A DNA stretch of 64,000 nucleotides, taken from Octopus vulgaris. Lineage: Eukaryota. Each line of letters starts with the position of its first letter. Position 1 is the first letter of the stretch. Location of the stretch: contig OX597832.1 in NCBI GenBank assembly GCA_951406725.2, positions 23,498,001 through 23,562,000 of the forward strand, given 5' to 3'. Under the pieces are notes generated by a model, which worked only from the letters and a program-made list of their open reading frames with translations, was not told the DNA's origin and made no database searches. A program made the translations under genes and the position numbers. Positions 41,836-56,251 of the stretch are shown in pieces.

Positions 41836-42915
41836 TGTTTCTTTATTAGCTACACAGGGCTGCACACAGATAGAACAAATTACAAGGTAGAGCTTTTCTT
41901 TTGAAGGTTTAAGAAAGAAAAAAAAAAAAAAAAAAAGGAAGGGGGAGTTTCGATCAAAAGGGATCGTAAAAGGAGAGAAGGAGGACAAAAAAAAAGGGGG
42001 GTTTAAAAAAAGGGGGAGGAAAAAAATTGATCAATAGGGATCGTTATCACAGAAATGTCAATATGAAGTGTAAAGGGGAGGACAGGTGAGGTTTACCCGT
42101 GCAAAGAAAAGCCTACGGAAAAGACCACGGTAACCTCGGTCAATGATGTCACATTTTATATTTCTTTTTTTTTTTTTGCAAATAAGCAACTCTGTTTTCG
42201 ATTTCTGGGTTCATAGGACTATGCTCAAGGTGGCTTCGTCATTCATACGTGCCATTCTTGCTACATTCACCCATCTTTTTTTAAAACATTCGCTAGACAA
42301 AACTTGCCTCTCTACTCTCACTTTCCTTTTCAAGTGGTACTTGAAGAAGTTGATGAGAGATTGACCAGAGAGGAAAGTGTTTGTCTCCAATCCTTTCAGA
42401 CGCGTCCACCAGATACATTCTTTCGCCATAGCCACAAGGATGATGAAAATAGCTCTTCCTTCCCGTTTGAAGGAAGGAGGCGTGACAATATTGACGATAG
42501 ACTCAGCTGATAAACCGACTCGTCCCACACGTGACAGCAGTTGTTCGACATAAGCCCACAGGTCGGAAATTGTTGGACACTGAACGAGTGCGTGCAGAAC
42601 GGTTTCGTCGCTCTGACCGCATCTCGGGCAGGTCGGCCCCGTGTTTCTCGAGCCGTGTCTGTAGAGCTTATCCCGAACGGGTAGCGCTTCTCGGTAGCAC
42701 TGCCAGGCCAGGGATCTCTGGAAGTTGTCCATGGGCCCTGGCCCGAAAGTCGTCCTGAACAGGCGGGTCAGGTACTCCTCGTCGACGTCCAGGTTCGCCC
42801 CGAGCTCGTCGTCGTACCTCCTCCACTAAACCCCTATAGAATGCTTTGGTTGTGTTGAAGTCACTTAAGGTCGACCCAGGACGGCAGAGTTGCTTGAGAG
42901 CAACGCGACACTCGC
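41836..42915 (-). mobile_element. Tx1/L1-like LINE 3' fragment inside (GATA)n
   Basis: ORF 42211-42732 with CPRC...ETVLHALVQC (CCHC, zf-RVT type); pyrimidine-rich 3' UTR with AATAAA; (GATA)n on both flanks. Confidence 0.88.
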
Positions 42916-42965
42916 ATAGATAGATAGATAGATGGATAGATAGACAGACAGACAGACAGAGAGAC

Positions 42966-43040
<75 letters not shown>

Positions 43041-44026
43041 AGCAAAGATGACAGTGGGAAACACAAATGTTACAAGATGAACTTCATTATCTTACAGCTG
43101 TTTCTGCTATAGATGTGATGGACTTTTAGTTGAATACCTGGATAACATCCTGCAGTTCCATCAGACCCTTGAATATGAAGTGCACTTTATTTGGGATAAC
43201 ACGCGCTTTTTCCGGTGTCATCCTTTTCTGTCTATTACCATTCTTTACTAATCTAACATTGTATTCTGGACCATACGTATATTGACTTCTACACCAGGTT
43301 ATCAGTCTCGCAATAACTAAATGAAATATATACTTACACACAGACAGACATACATATGTATTTATATTAAGATTTATATATATATAGGTATAATTTAGAG
43401 GTGTTTAAAACCTCTAAGGGATGGTTAATTCCAAAGGCGCTCCTGGAGATTAGCTGCGTAGGTACAGTCCTTGGTAAAAGGTATGCGGTAGCTGGTAATT
43501 CAGCGGGTAAACCGTACTTTAAATTATATGCAAGAACAAAATGGAGAGAAAATAACAGGAAGAAGTTGATCGTTTGCGCTTGTAAGCCATTAATTTAATT
43601 AATTAATAAAGAAAAGTGGTAGCAATATATATATATATATATATTACTATTAATATAGGATGAAATATAGAAAAAAATTTCAATAAAAAATGGCAGCATA
43701 TTAAAATACCTTTAAAGGTTAAAATTATAAACACAAGGGCAAAAGAAAAATTATTTTCATGCCAATATGCTGATAACAGACTTTAATTCGTCAATTTCCA
43801 CATATCAATATACACTCACTATAAATATACGTCGTGCAGAATTTTTTTTAAAGAGTTCGTTACTTCTATATTGAATCAATTTCTGAATTAATCCCATGGA
43901 TCTTTTAATACTTACACGCACCCATGGAAACAAGCAGAAGCAAAAGTCATGTGTACACATAAGTACCCCAGTTATATCTAAATACAAAATGTTTAGTAAT
44001 ACACAGTATTAGAGTTGGTAATTACC

Positions 44027-44260
44027 TATTTCTTTATTACCCACAAGGGGCTAAACACAGAGGGGACAAACAAGGACAGACATAGGTATTAAGTCGATTA
44101 CCTCGACACTAGTGCGTAACTGGTACTTAATTTATCGACCCCGAAAGGATGAAAGGCAAAGTCGACCTCGGCGGAATTTGAACTCACAACGTAACGCAGA
44201 CGAAATACCGCTAAGCATTTCGCCCGGCGTGCTAACGTTTCTGCCAGCTCGCCGCCTTTA
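44027..44260 (-). mobile_element. Full-length SINE family A (long tail) with 12-bp TSD
   Basis: TSD ttggtaattacc at 44015-44026 and 44261-44272. Confidence 0.9.
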
Positions 44261-45772
44261 TTGGTAATTACCGTACACTCATACACCACATTAACTTCGA
44301 TGTAGTTTCCATTCAATGAACACTTCTTTCCCGGTTTAAATTACAGCTGTGTTCTGGGAGACGGGTTGTTGATAGTAATATAGAGAGTCCGTTATCTGTA
44401 GCTTTGATTCGGCTTACCGTGTGATTTTCTGCGTTAGTATCTGGCTCGGCTATGGGACTTGCGATAGAATCAAAGTCAGCATTAACGGAAACTACGCCTG
44501 ACTGTCCAGCGAGACTCTCAGTACTAGCATCAGAATTTCATGTTGCTCTAAGGCACCTCCAACTGTAAGGGAGCAAACGTGCAACGGACTGGGGCCTTAT
44601 GAGTTCTAGGAACTGAAATAGCACTTCGCTACTTATAGATATCTGAGATTAAGCGAATATGCACATGCACCTACGTATGTATATAGGTATATGTCTTTCG
44701 ACGTGTGTTTATATATTTTGGATAGGAAGGGAGTTTAACTTATAGAAGGTACGAACTTGAAAGGGTCTTTTTCTTTCTAAATAAAAATCTATCGTAGTCG
44801 CTATAAGCTTAACATGACTCTATTAACTGGAAGAAAAGAGATGATGATGATGATGATGATGATGATGACGATGATGACGATATGTATAACGACAATGACG
44901 ACGACGACGAAATTGATGATAATAACGATAACGCGGACGACAACGATGACAAAATGGGAAAGAAAATCGAAACGAAAAATTTTATGTAAAAAAATAAAAA
45001 ACGAACAATATTCGCTGGAGGTATGGCAAATAAAGAATATTTAAAATGTTTTAGCAAATCCTTTTATCTCTTATATCATGCTATTTTTTATAGTTAATGT
45101 TCGTTTATTCCGTTCTTAGATAAAAAAAAAAAAAATTATTCATATATATATAAAAACAATTATAAAATATATACGCGAAAAATATAAAATAAAACGAAGA
45201 AACGGTTAAGTGAAATCTTTGTTGTTGTTTTTGTTTGGTTTTTTTATTGTTTTTTTTGTTGTTTTTTTGTAATTTTGCCACTTCAGAAACTTGAAACCAC
45301 AATTCGAATTAACAAATATGAAGCATTATGAAAGCATAGAAAATGCCTGAAGTTAGCATTTCATAAATTATGCCGGAAGAGCAAACATAAAGATCTATTT
45401 ATTTTATTGCTGTTGTTTGTCTTTTGAGCCGTTTATTCATTTTCAAACTGATGAAACTAGAAAGATGCATTTAAAATACACGTATATACATACATGTATA
45501 ATTAAAATGAAGTTTACAAAATTGGTATGTAGATTAGTTTTTACCCGCATAAAATGGAGACATAAAGTCAGAATTTATGGAGGCTGTCAGCACCAATACA
45601 GATATGTATATCGATAATTAAGCTTAATTTAAAAAAACATGGCAACGTTATTGCATTATGATAAATAGTTAACTCGCTATAGATATATATGTATGTATGT
45701 ATGTTTTTGAGCGTACACATGGGAGAAAGTGTCTGTATGTGAACATGGGCAAGTGAGTATGTGTGTATTACT

Positions 45773-46197
45773 GTGGGGGAGCTGGCAGAAACGTTAGCAC
45801 GCCGGGCGAAATGCGTAGCCGTATTTTGTCTGGCGTTACGTTCTGAGTTCAAATTCCGCCGAGGTCGACTTTGCCTTTCATCCTTTCTGGGTCGATAAAT
45901 AAAGTAGCAGTTTCACACTGGGGTCTATGTAATCGACTTAATCCCTTTGTCTGTCCTTGTTTGTCCCCTCTATGTTTAGCCCCTTGTGGGTAGTAAAGAA
46001 ATGTTATTTACTGTGGGAGGAGCTGTATTGGTTATTTGAGTTAAAATTCCGCCGAGGTCGACTTTGCTTTTCATCCTTTCGGGGTCGATAAATTAAGTAC
46101 CAGTTACTCACTGGGGTCGATGTAATCGACTTAATCCGTTTGTCTGTCCTTATTTGTCCCCTCTCTGTTTAGCCCCTTGTGGGTAGTAAAAGAATAG
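45773..46197 (+). mobile_element. Two adjacent long-tail SINE family A copies
   Basis: 45773-45999 near full length; 46034-46197 5'-truncated and flanked by ggttat. Confidence 0.85.
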
Positions 46198-46500
46198 GTT
46201 ATGGAAAAATATATGCAGTGAGTTCAGCGTCTCACCGTGAAAATGTCTTGTTCTGACATCTTGAACAAGCAGTATTTATGAATAAACTTTGAAGCCACCA
46301 AATATATTTCTGAATGAATGCACATATATGTCTTTCTCTCTATGTGTACACACACACACTCACACACATATATATGTATATATATATGTGTGTGTGTATA
46401 CAGATGTATATGCATATAGATAGACACATACATAAGTACATACATACGTATAAACACACGCACACACACAAACACACACACATATATGTACATATACATT

Positions 46501-46606
<106 letters not shown>

Positions 46607-46631
46607 TATATAGATATATTTATATATATAT

Positions 46632-46664
<33 letters not shown>

Positions 46665-47692
46665 TACGCATGTACATACTTACATACATACATACATAAT
46701 ACATACATACGTTCGTACATACATACATACATACATACACACATACATACATACATGCATACATACATACATACATACGTACGTACATACATACATACAT
46801 ACATACGTACGTACGTACATACATACATACATACATACACACATACATACATACACACGTACATACATACATTGTTCCTTGTATTATCTATACATTATCG
46901 TCTTACAGCCGTAGGGATTGGGTTATTGATTGTAGTACTTAACACAATACCACTGAACTTTTTAGTTATAACCGCCATAATAAAGATTTGTTTATTGCTC
47001 TACGCTAATACACGTGCGGGAATAGACCTTAATAGTATTACTTGGTACATTTTCTTTGTTTAATATTCACGACTTCGAAAGTACTGAGTTTTTATATCCA
47101 ACTGTTACTTACATATATTATATGCCCACAGCAGAAATAACTAAATATATATATTATTTCTCTTTTTGTTTCGTATTTCATACTCCCTTCTGTTTTTTTT
47201 TTTTCTTTCTGAATAAGTGTTCTGGTGAAATCATATAGGTTAACAATCATGAATTATTTTACAATAGCACAAAAGATTTTGGATTCCACCAGGAAAGAAA
47301 TCATCGTAAAATGAGAAAAGAAGCAAACAATAAAATGAAAAGAAAATTTTTAAATGGCGGTAATGAATTTATACGTAAAACAATGAAATATGTGGCTTCT
47401 TGCCATATTTTTGTATTGCTTATTATATCTTATTTTTATTCTTGTTTTTTCTGTCTATCATCTTCTTCTGACGTAGTTTCTTCAAGTGAATTACCATTGA
47501 ATGAATCAACTAGAAACTTTCGTAAAAACAAAGATATTTGCCTGTAACTATACTTGGAATGTCTCTTCAAATATCTTCTTTTATTCTATTTAAAATTAAG
47601 TTTAACCAAAATAAAATAAACATTTCCACAGACATTTTCTTTTTAAAATTCTATTGATGGAAAAAAAGAAATATAAAATATATAGAAAAGTA

Positions 47693-47745
<53 letters not shown>

Positions 47746-48132
47746 CTTTAATTATTGCGTAAAATCGTCTTTATATACATTTCTTCCCTTCTGCAAAATG
47801 AACGGAGACAGAGACGATTTAAAACCGGTGAACAACCGTTTAAATTTCATTTTCACAAATGAAAATTCATTTTCACAAACCAAATGGGGAATCGTGAAAA
47901 CAGATATTCTATTGAGAGAAAACGATGTTCTTTAAGTGCTACCTTGTAAAAGCTCAAATCTTAGCTAGAGAAGTAGTGGGCCTATGAATTTTGTGATATA
48001 TAAAGGTGGTGGGGACAAACGATATAGATACAGATATGTGCATACATAGTTATATTAAATCGAGTAAGAACGCTCCTTCAAGTAAGAAGTTATTGATAGA
48101 CGCACAGATAGCTAGCTAGGTCGGTAAATATA

Positions 48133-48650
<518 letters not shown>

Positions 48651-48734
48651 GAGGGGGAGGAGAGAGATAAAATTATGGTATATATACTAAAACAGCGCTA
48701 TATATTCACATATAAGTATATACTGCCAAATACA

Positions 48735-50120
48735 TATAGTGTCGGCCGAAAAGTTCAATCGGTTGTTTCAAGCGAAAATAAGTTTTAAACCAGCCCCAGT
48801 TATTCAATCAATGATAAAATTACTGTTTCGTTCCATTATCATCAGCCATGTTACGAGCAATCCATTGTCTCGTACTCAAATAATTTCCTATCTTTACTGG
48901 CTAAAAACTCTTCAGCTACGTTTTGTACATCTTAACAGTTGAAAGCCTGTCTATTCAATAAGACCAAAGCATAAGGAAATCTGAAGGCGTAAGGTCAGGT
49001 GTGGTAAAAATGCGGGGTGTGTGGTAAAACCCTCCAGCCAAGCTCCAGTAACTTCTGCCGCATCTGCAAAGAAGTGTGCGGTCTGACGTTGTCATGAGGA
49101 CGAACAATGCCCTTGTGATCTGTAAGTGCTGGACGCTTTGATTTGATTGATGTTTTATTTGTCCAAATGGTCACAGCATGCATCTGAACTGATGGTTCTG
49201 TCAGTTTGAAGAAGCTCGTAAAAGACAATACACTTCTAATTCCACCAAACTTGAAGCACAATCTTCATCAGGTAAAGTCCTGCGTTAGAGTCTGTTTGTG
49301 GTGGTTCTCCGCGCTTACGTCATGACCTTTTGCACTTCACATTGTTATAGATGATCCATGTTTAGTCCCCATTCCTCATTCTTTTTCAAATAGACTCGTT
49401 TTCGTCACGTTTCTGCAACGAATCGCAGATGGAAATCCGTTGGGTAAGGTTATCCTCAATCAATTGACGTAGAACCCACAAATGGAGACTGCTGACGTGA
49501 CTAACTTGAAGCAGAGTGTTTTCAAATATTTGGATATTTGGGGAATATTTATGATCATCTCGGTCGTATAGCGGGAATTGGTGTGGTTATTAAAATTGGT
49601 GTGGTTATTAAAAACTTTCCCCATCGTCAAAACCACTTCTGATACACACATGTCCTGCAACAGCATCATCTTAGAACACACATCATATCTTCCAGTTGGT
49701 TTACGCCGCTTTCTGGCCTTTTTTATTTTAAATAAGAAAAAGCATGAGGTGTCGTTAATGTTAATTTTGGTTCTCAGATCTCAGGGTGATCCCAAGTATA
49801 TAGAATACAATTTCTCTCGTTGTAATTTCGCATCGGACTACAGTACTATATCACAAACCTACAGCAAATATCTTCCTGTAGGTTTCCTTCACTTTCTACA
49901 TATATAAAAGCATGAGGTATCGTTAAAGTTAATTTCGGTTTTCTAATCCCAGGGTGACCCTAAGCACAATAACTACAACGAACTACCTTAGTATATCAAA
50001 TATCTAACAAGTGCGCATACCCAAGGCACAGACTGAAGCTATAGCTACTTAACGGCGTGCTTTAAATTTAAAGCAGCAGTAAAAACCGAACGGATTTTGG
50101 GCGCCTACCCGACAGATACA
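48735..50120 (-). mobile_element. Decayed mariner transposon
   Basis: KRPAL...HDNVRPHTSLQMRQKLLELGWRVLPH remnant; degenerate TIR-like ends; internal diverged duplication at about 49685-49810 and 49868-49978. Boundaries approximate. Confidence 0.78.
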
Positions 50121-51193
50121 AGTCGATTTTCACTTAATTACAATGTCTGAGTGTTTATTAAAAGAAAGATCAAAGAAAAAAGATATTCATTTTAATGCAT
50201 TACAGACCTCGAATTTTATATTTTGGTAAATGATTACCTCAATTTTAATTCTATAATAAATATCTGCAATAATAGAAAAAACTTCATTGCAATGTAAAAT
50301 TTGTAGAACATTTTAAAAAGCTATTTGCGGTCAAACGGTAGACGGGCGCTACATTGGTGATTTCAGTATAAACTGCATTAGCCTGTGATTGACTCTATTA
50401 AATTATTTTCAACCCGAATGACCTCAGTTGTTTATAATTAAGCGATTCAAAGCGTGTATTAGTGCGGATGTATGAACCTGGTTAAGCTTGGTTAATTGAA
50501 GAATATCAAATGGAATTAAATATGTCTGCCATTGAACAAGTTCGAATTTACAAAGGCTACGCATACATACATATATATAGGAAATTAATTTATTAATTTA
50601 TTCATAAATGTTTACACAAATATAAAGTATACAGGAAGTAAGTTTCTATCGATGTATTATATTCCTTTGAGGTTTATAGATTTATGCAAAAACTGTTGGC
50701 CCTATATTGCAGAGCATAATATATATGTGTTTGTGTCTATGCGTGTCTGTACATGTGTATGAACACATACATACATACACATACATACATACATACATAC
50801 ATACATACATACAAACATATATATATGGATATATGTATATATATGCGTGTGTTTGTGTATACCAATGGGTATGTCTATGTTAGTGCGTTTATGCGATTTT
50901 AAGTGGTCGTAAACTAGAGAGACAGGGAGATTATAAAATATTAGAAGAATGCATGCGCCGCGCTGTTTATATAACGATATTAATAATTTACAATATATAT
51001 GTGTGTATATGTGAACTTTTAAATGCATATGTATGTATGCATATATGCTTGTACATATATGCTATTTAAAGTGTACGTGTGAAAGGAAGCGAAATATAAA
51101 GAGCGGTAGAGAGAGCATACAACTAGCATTTCAAAATGAGGCAAAGTATATATACTGCCGCCGTTTAGTAAGTTACAATATACTAATACGTAC

Positions 51194-51229
<36 letters not shown>

Positions 51230-51320
51230 AAACAAGAAAGCACAAAAAAGACACAACAACGCGAGGACGTGGAACAAATATAGTATTATTGGACGTTCAG
51301 GAAAGAAGGAAAGAAGGAGG

Positions 51321-51355
51321 GTTTAACGTTTCGAGCGGAGCTCTTCGTCGGAAAC
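51321..51355 (-). ncRNA. Hammerhead-like motif, related family (element about 51227-51420)
   Basis: GUUU-CCGACGA-A-GAGC(UCC)GCUC-GAAA-CG-UU-AAAC; stem I covaries relative to 15195. Confidence 0.55.
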
Positions 51356-51421
51356 ATAGGAGAAGGAAAGATCCAGAGAAGGGAAGACAGAGGGAAAAAA
51401 ATCGCCAATGGTACATACGAA

Positions 51422-51875
51422 AGAAGGTTTGAAAATGCAACTTTAAAAGATGTTTATTTACTTTACCGGTTTCACTCTTTAGAAAAAGATTGTCAAAAGT
51501 AACATGTAAAATATTGGTTGTGTTAATTATTGGTTGTCACAAAATGCTACAATACATATATGGAAACTATCTTTAACATTTTCTTGAGAATGTATATTTA
51601 TGTTGTAATCTTTTGTGCTCAATATTTTAATGAACTTATTAAACTTTTTTATGTCCTTAACATGTTCTTGTTACCAAAGACTCTATATATGTATTGTAGC
51701 ATTTTGTGACAACCAATAATTAACACAACCAAACTATTACATGTTACTTTTGACAATCTTTTTCTAAAGAGTGAAAGCGATAAAGTAAATAAACATCTTT
51801 CAAAATTGCATTTTCAAACCTTCTATCTTATATAATTCGACTCGTGTGGTACCTTACATCTCCACTTCATTTTAT
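51422..51875. mobile_element. Inverted-repeat element with a hammerhead motif in each arm (Penelope-like inverted termini)
   Basis: Arms 51422-51561 and 51685-51824 (140 nt each). Motif UUACUU-UUGACAA-UCUUU(UUCU)AAAGA-gu-GAAA-CCGG-UA-AAGUAA at 51458-51502 (-) and a variant at 51744-51788 (+). The right arm runs into (TA)n. Confidence 0.65.
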
Positions 51876-51977
51876 ATATATATATATATATAATAATATT
51901 AATTAGAGACAAAACCACTATTATGCAAATCAAACAAAGAAAGACTTAATCCAATACATAAAAAATTTTATATAAAT

Positions 51978-52034
<57 letters not shown>

Positions 52035-52165
52035 CTTCTTTCAGTCTCCACCTAGGAAATCTACCCACAGTGTATTGGTTGTCCCAAGGCTATGTTAGAA
52101 AGCACTCAAGGTGCCATGTAGTGGGGATTATCTTGGATCATAGCTTCTTACCATACAGCCATACC
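52035..52165 (-). mobile_element. Decayed SINE family B 5' half
   Basis: cttctttcagtctccacctaggaaatctacccaca...cttcttaccatacagcca. Confidence 0.6.
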
Positions 52166-52232
52166 AGCGACGGTAAATTTGTATACACACACACACACAC
52201 ACACTCACACACACACATACATACATATATAT

Positions 52233-52452
52233 ATATAATTATAATAATAATAAGGATTTTTTGCAACAAGTTGCTTAAACCACATACCGAAAATATTAGA
52301 AATAGCAGCCAAAGGACTACTATTTCTCTTTTACTATAAAAATAAGTCTCTTGTAGTAAAAGAAATAGTAGTTTTTTGGCTGCTACTTCTAATATTTTCG
52401 GTATGTAGTTTAAGGAACTTGTTGCAAAAAACCCTTATTATTAAAATTATAT
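52233..52452. repeat. Long hairpin, about 100-nt arms with about 11-nt loop
   Basis: taaggattttttgcaacaagtt...cttttacta is the imperfect reverse complement of tagtaaaag...aacttgttgcaaaaaaccctta. Confidence 0.85.
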
Positions 52453-52547
52453 AAATTTTTACCGAATATGGTCCTTTTCCATACCGAAATACTACTAGGT
52501 GAAATTTATTGATTTTATTAAATTAATTATATTTCACCCTTTATCTG

Positions 52548-52591
<44 letters not shown>

Positions 52592-53160
52592 ACACTCAAT
52601 TAAGATTAGAAATATTATAGTTATATAATAGTGGTTTTATCTCTAATTTAATATAATATATATATATGTATATATTTTTAATCAATAGTCTGACTATTTT
52701 AATTTTTTCCTACTAGGCCGCTGGTGGCAAAAGAATTCTACAAAATTTTTTTTTTTGCCACCCTATATTGATTAATTATGAATTTTCTGGTTAATTCCGT
52801 AATGGAATCGACGGCTTATATTTATTTGCTGCCGATAAATTTGGCGCGAGTGCGACGATTTGAAAATTTTAGGTCAGATATTAACTTGGCAACGTCGGAA
52901 ATGCCTCGTGAAAATATCTGTTCCGTCTTGGGCTATTTCTTACTGAAGAATCTGAGGGCCTGTGGAAGATTGGCTTGATTTAATTTAATCAGGTTAGTTT
53001 ACCATTAATCAGCAGATGAAACGGTATATCGTATAAGAAATTACAGGGTAAATGTTTTTAAATTTTCTCCTGGTTTACTGAATTAACTTTTATTTGCGGT
53101 TGAAGCTTTGGCTGTTATTTCTAGTGGGTGAATGGCCTATTATGGCCGTTCCTTTATTGT

Positions 53161-53202
<42 letters not shown>

Positions 53203-53471
53203 ACATATATATACATATATATGTATGTATGCGAACGCGCACGTGTACCTTTGTGCGTGACTTTGTTCTCCTCATGACAACCGTTGTAGGCTTACATACG
53301 TCTCCTTAACACAGATGCTGAGCAAAGAGGTCGATAAGAATAAGACCCAGACGTAAAGTTATATCTGATTTCGATTTATTCGACGAAACCCCTTCAAGGC
53401 AGCGCCCCAGCATGGCCGCAGCCTGATGACTGAAATAAGCAAAATGAAAAGCTAGCGCGCGCGTACGTGTA

Positions 53472-53532
<61 letters not shown>

Positions 53533-53695
53533 CACTAACGCTGTTACACTCTTCTCCTCAGGTAGATTGCAATTCTATATCAGGATTTGCGTTATTGAAT
53601 TCGACATTGGTGACCGAGAAAGAAATTGAATATTTTGCTGGTTAGCTTATCTGTAATGGAACGATTGACGTATACAAAATATTGTAATGAGTTGT

Positions 53696-53750
<55 letters not shown>

Positions 53751-53818
53751 GCATGTATGTATACATAAATACATAAATACAAAATATTGTAATAAGTCGT
53801 ACAACACATATATGTTTG

Positions 53819-53864
<46 letters not shown>

Positions 53865-54101
53865 TACATATATGTATACATAATATATATATGTATATAT
53901 ACATATATGTATACATAAAATATATATACACAAATACATTACGTATATGATATATGTATGTTTCTATGTGTGTGTGTGTGTGTTATAATGAATTCTGTGG
54001 AAGAATCTCGAATATTTTGACTTGACTCTGCTCGAGAAACCTTAGAATAGCCTGCAAAACATATCGGAGAAGGTGGGTGTATAATAATAATAGCAATAAT
54101 G

Positions 54102-54144
<43 letters not shown>

Positions 54145-54174
54145 TAAATAATAATAGTAATAATAATAATAATA

Positions 54175-54273
<99 letters not shown>

Positions 54274-54379
54274 AGCAAAGCTGCAGAGTAAAAATAAAAT
54301 AATAATAATAATAATAATAATGATGATTATGATTATAACAAAGATGCTGCATAAAAGTAAAAGTAATGACAACAACAAC

Positions 54380-54425
<46 letters not shown>

Positions 54426-54887
54426 TATCGTCGATGGAAAATCTAAAACTTTTGTTGCGCCCCAAGCAAGACTTAGAGCCATTCAAGATGAGGTACGAAC
54501 ACAATGATCGCCATACAGCTTGTTTTGTCAACTTAATGATCGTATATTATACTTTATATCATACTTTTCGTGAGGGCGCAATGGCCCAGTGGTTAGGGCA
54601 CCGGACTCGCGGTCGGAGGATCCACAGACGAAAGTACGTGTGCGTGTAAGTGAAAATGTGTGTCTGTGTCTGTGTTTGTGTGTGTGTGGATAGGGGCTAG
54701 TGACTTTGACCTGTGGATGTGTGCGTGTGTAATTTGTGGGTGCGTGGATGATGGCGGGGCTATCAATGAAGGGAGAACGTGGGCTAGAGCGAGAGAAGTA
54801 GGAGTCACAGCAAGAGAGGAGAAGAGAGGAAAGGAGGGAGTCAGATGAAGAGAGGAGAATGTTGAGCCCAATATGCACATATTCATC

Positions 54888-54921
<34 letters not shown>

Positions 54922-54947
54922 TGTATGTATGTATGTATGTATGTATG

Positions 54948-55530
54948 TATAAGGACTTGCTGAAGGCTTCCTTAAGAGATGCTTGCATCTCTCCTGACAC
55001 ATGGGAAGGCATAGCTATTGATCGTAGCAGGTGGAGAAAGACTGTGCATGAGGAGACAGCCACGTTTGAGAAATCTCGAGTTGCACATGAGAAAGTAAGG
55101 AAGGATGTCAGGAAGGGCATCGCTGTTACACTTCCAGAAGGGAAGGGTCTTCCTTTGATTCTGACATGCAATGTCTGTGCAAGACCCTACCTCAGTAAAG
55201 CTGGACTCATGAGTCATCTTCGTAGTCATAAAGCGAGACAGATGAGTGACAACCTGGCCACTGGTGGTGGTGGTGTAACACACCATACTAATCATATCTG
55301 TTGGGCATGTGGAAGAGAGTGTAATTCGGCAGGAGGACTTAAACGACATGCGAAGGTACATGAAGCCCAGTTACAACTACAGCCGGCTATTACCGGTAAA
55401 GGTCTTAGTTGCCAATTCTGTACCAGACATTGTAGATCTTTAGCTGGGCTAAAAAGTCACATTCGATCACGGCACCTGTAACAGTTAAGCTTCGTGCAAT
55501 GGCCATACTCGATAACGAGGGGGCAGCCAT
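54948..55530 (+). mobile_element. RTE-like LINE 3' fragment with three C2H2 zinc fingers, in (ATGT)n
   Basis: YKDLLKASL...WEGIAIDRSRWR followed by three C-x2-C...GL-x2-H-x3/4-H motifs; stop at 55479-55481; short 3' UTR; (ATGT)n flanks. Confidence 0.85.
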
Positions 55531-55542
55531 AATGTATGTATG

Positions 55543-55962
<420 letters not shown>

Positions 55963-55990
55963 TAAGTATACGACGGTATTCTACAGAGTT

Positions 55991-56251
55991 AGAAATAGGT
56001 ATTTCTTAAAAAAAAAAAAGGCGGCGAGCTGGCAGAAACGTTAGCACGCCTGGCGAAATGTTCAGTAGTATTTTCGTCTGTCACTACTTTCTGAGTTCAA
56101 ATTCCACCAAGGTCAACTTTGCCTTTCATCCTTTCGGGGTCGATAAATTAAGTACCAGTTACGCACTGTGGTCGATGTAATCGACTTAATCCGTTTGTCT
56201 GTCCTTGTTTGTCCCCTCTGTGTTTAGCCCCTTGTGGGTAGTAAAGAAATA
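55991..56251 (+). mobile_element. SINE family A (long tail) with 16-bp TSD, nested in an old minus-strand family B copy
   Basis: TSD ggtattctacagagtt at 55975-55990 and 56252-56267; the joined flanks form a decayed family B sequence extending to about 56420. Confidence 0.88.

Noticed and set aside
44290-44560. Open minus-strand frame with a donor-like site
   Set aside because: No recognisable motif; cannot be supported as an exon.
47113-47541. Possible minus-strand exon (ttacAG ... GTAAGT)
   Set aside because: Stops within, no TM1-3 motifs; splice-like words are common in AT-rich DNA.
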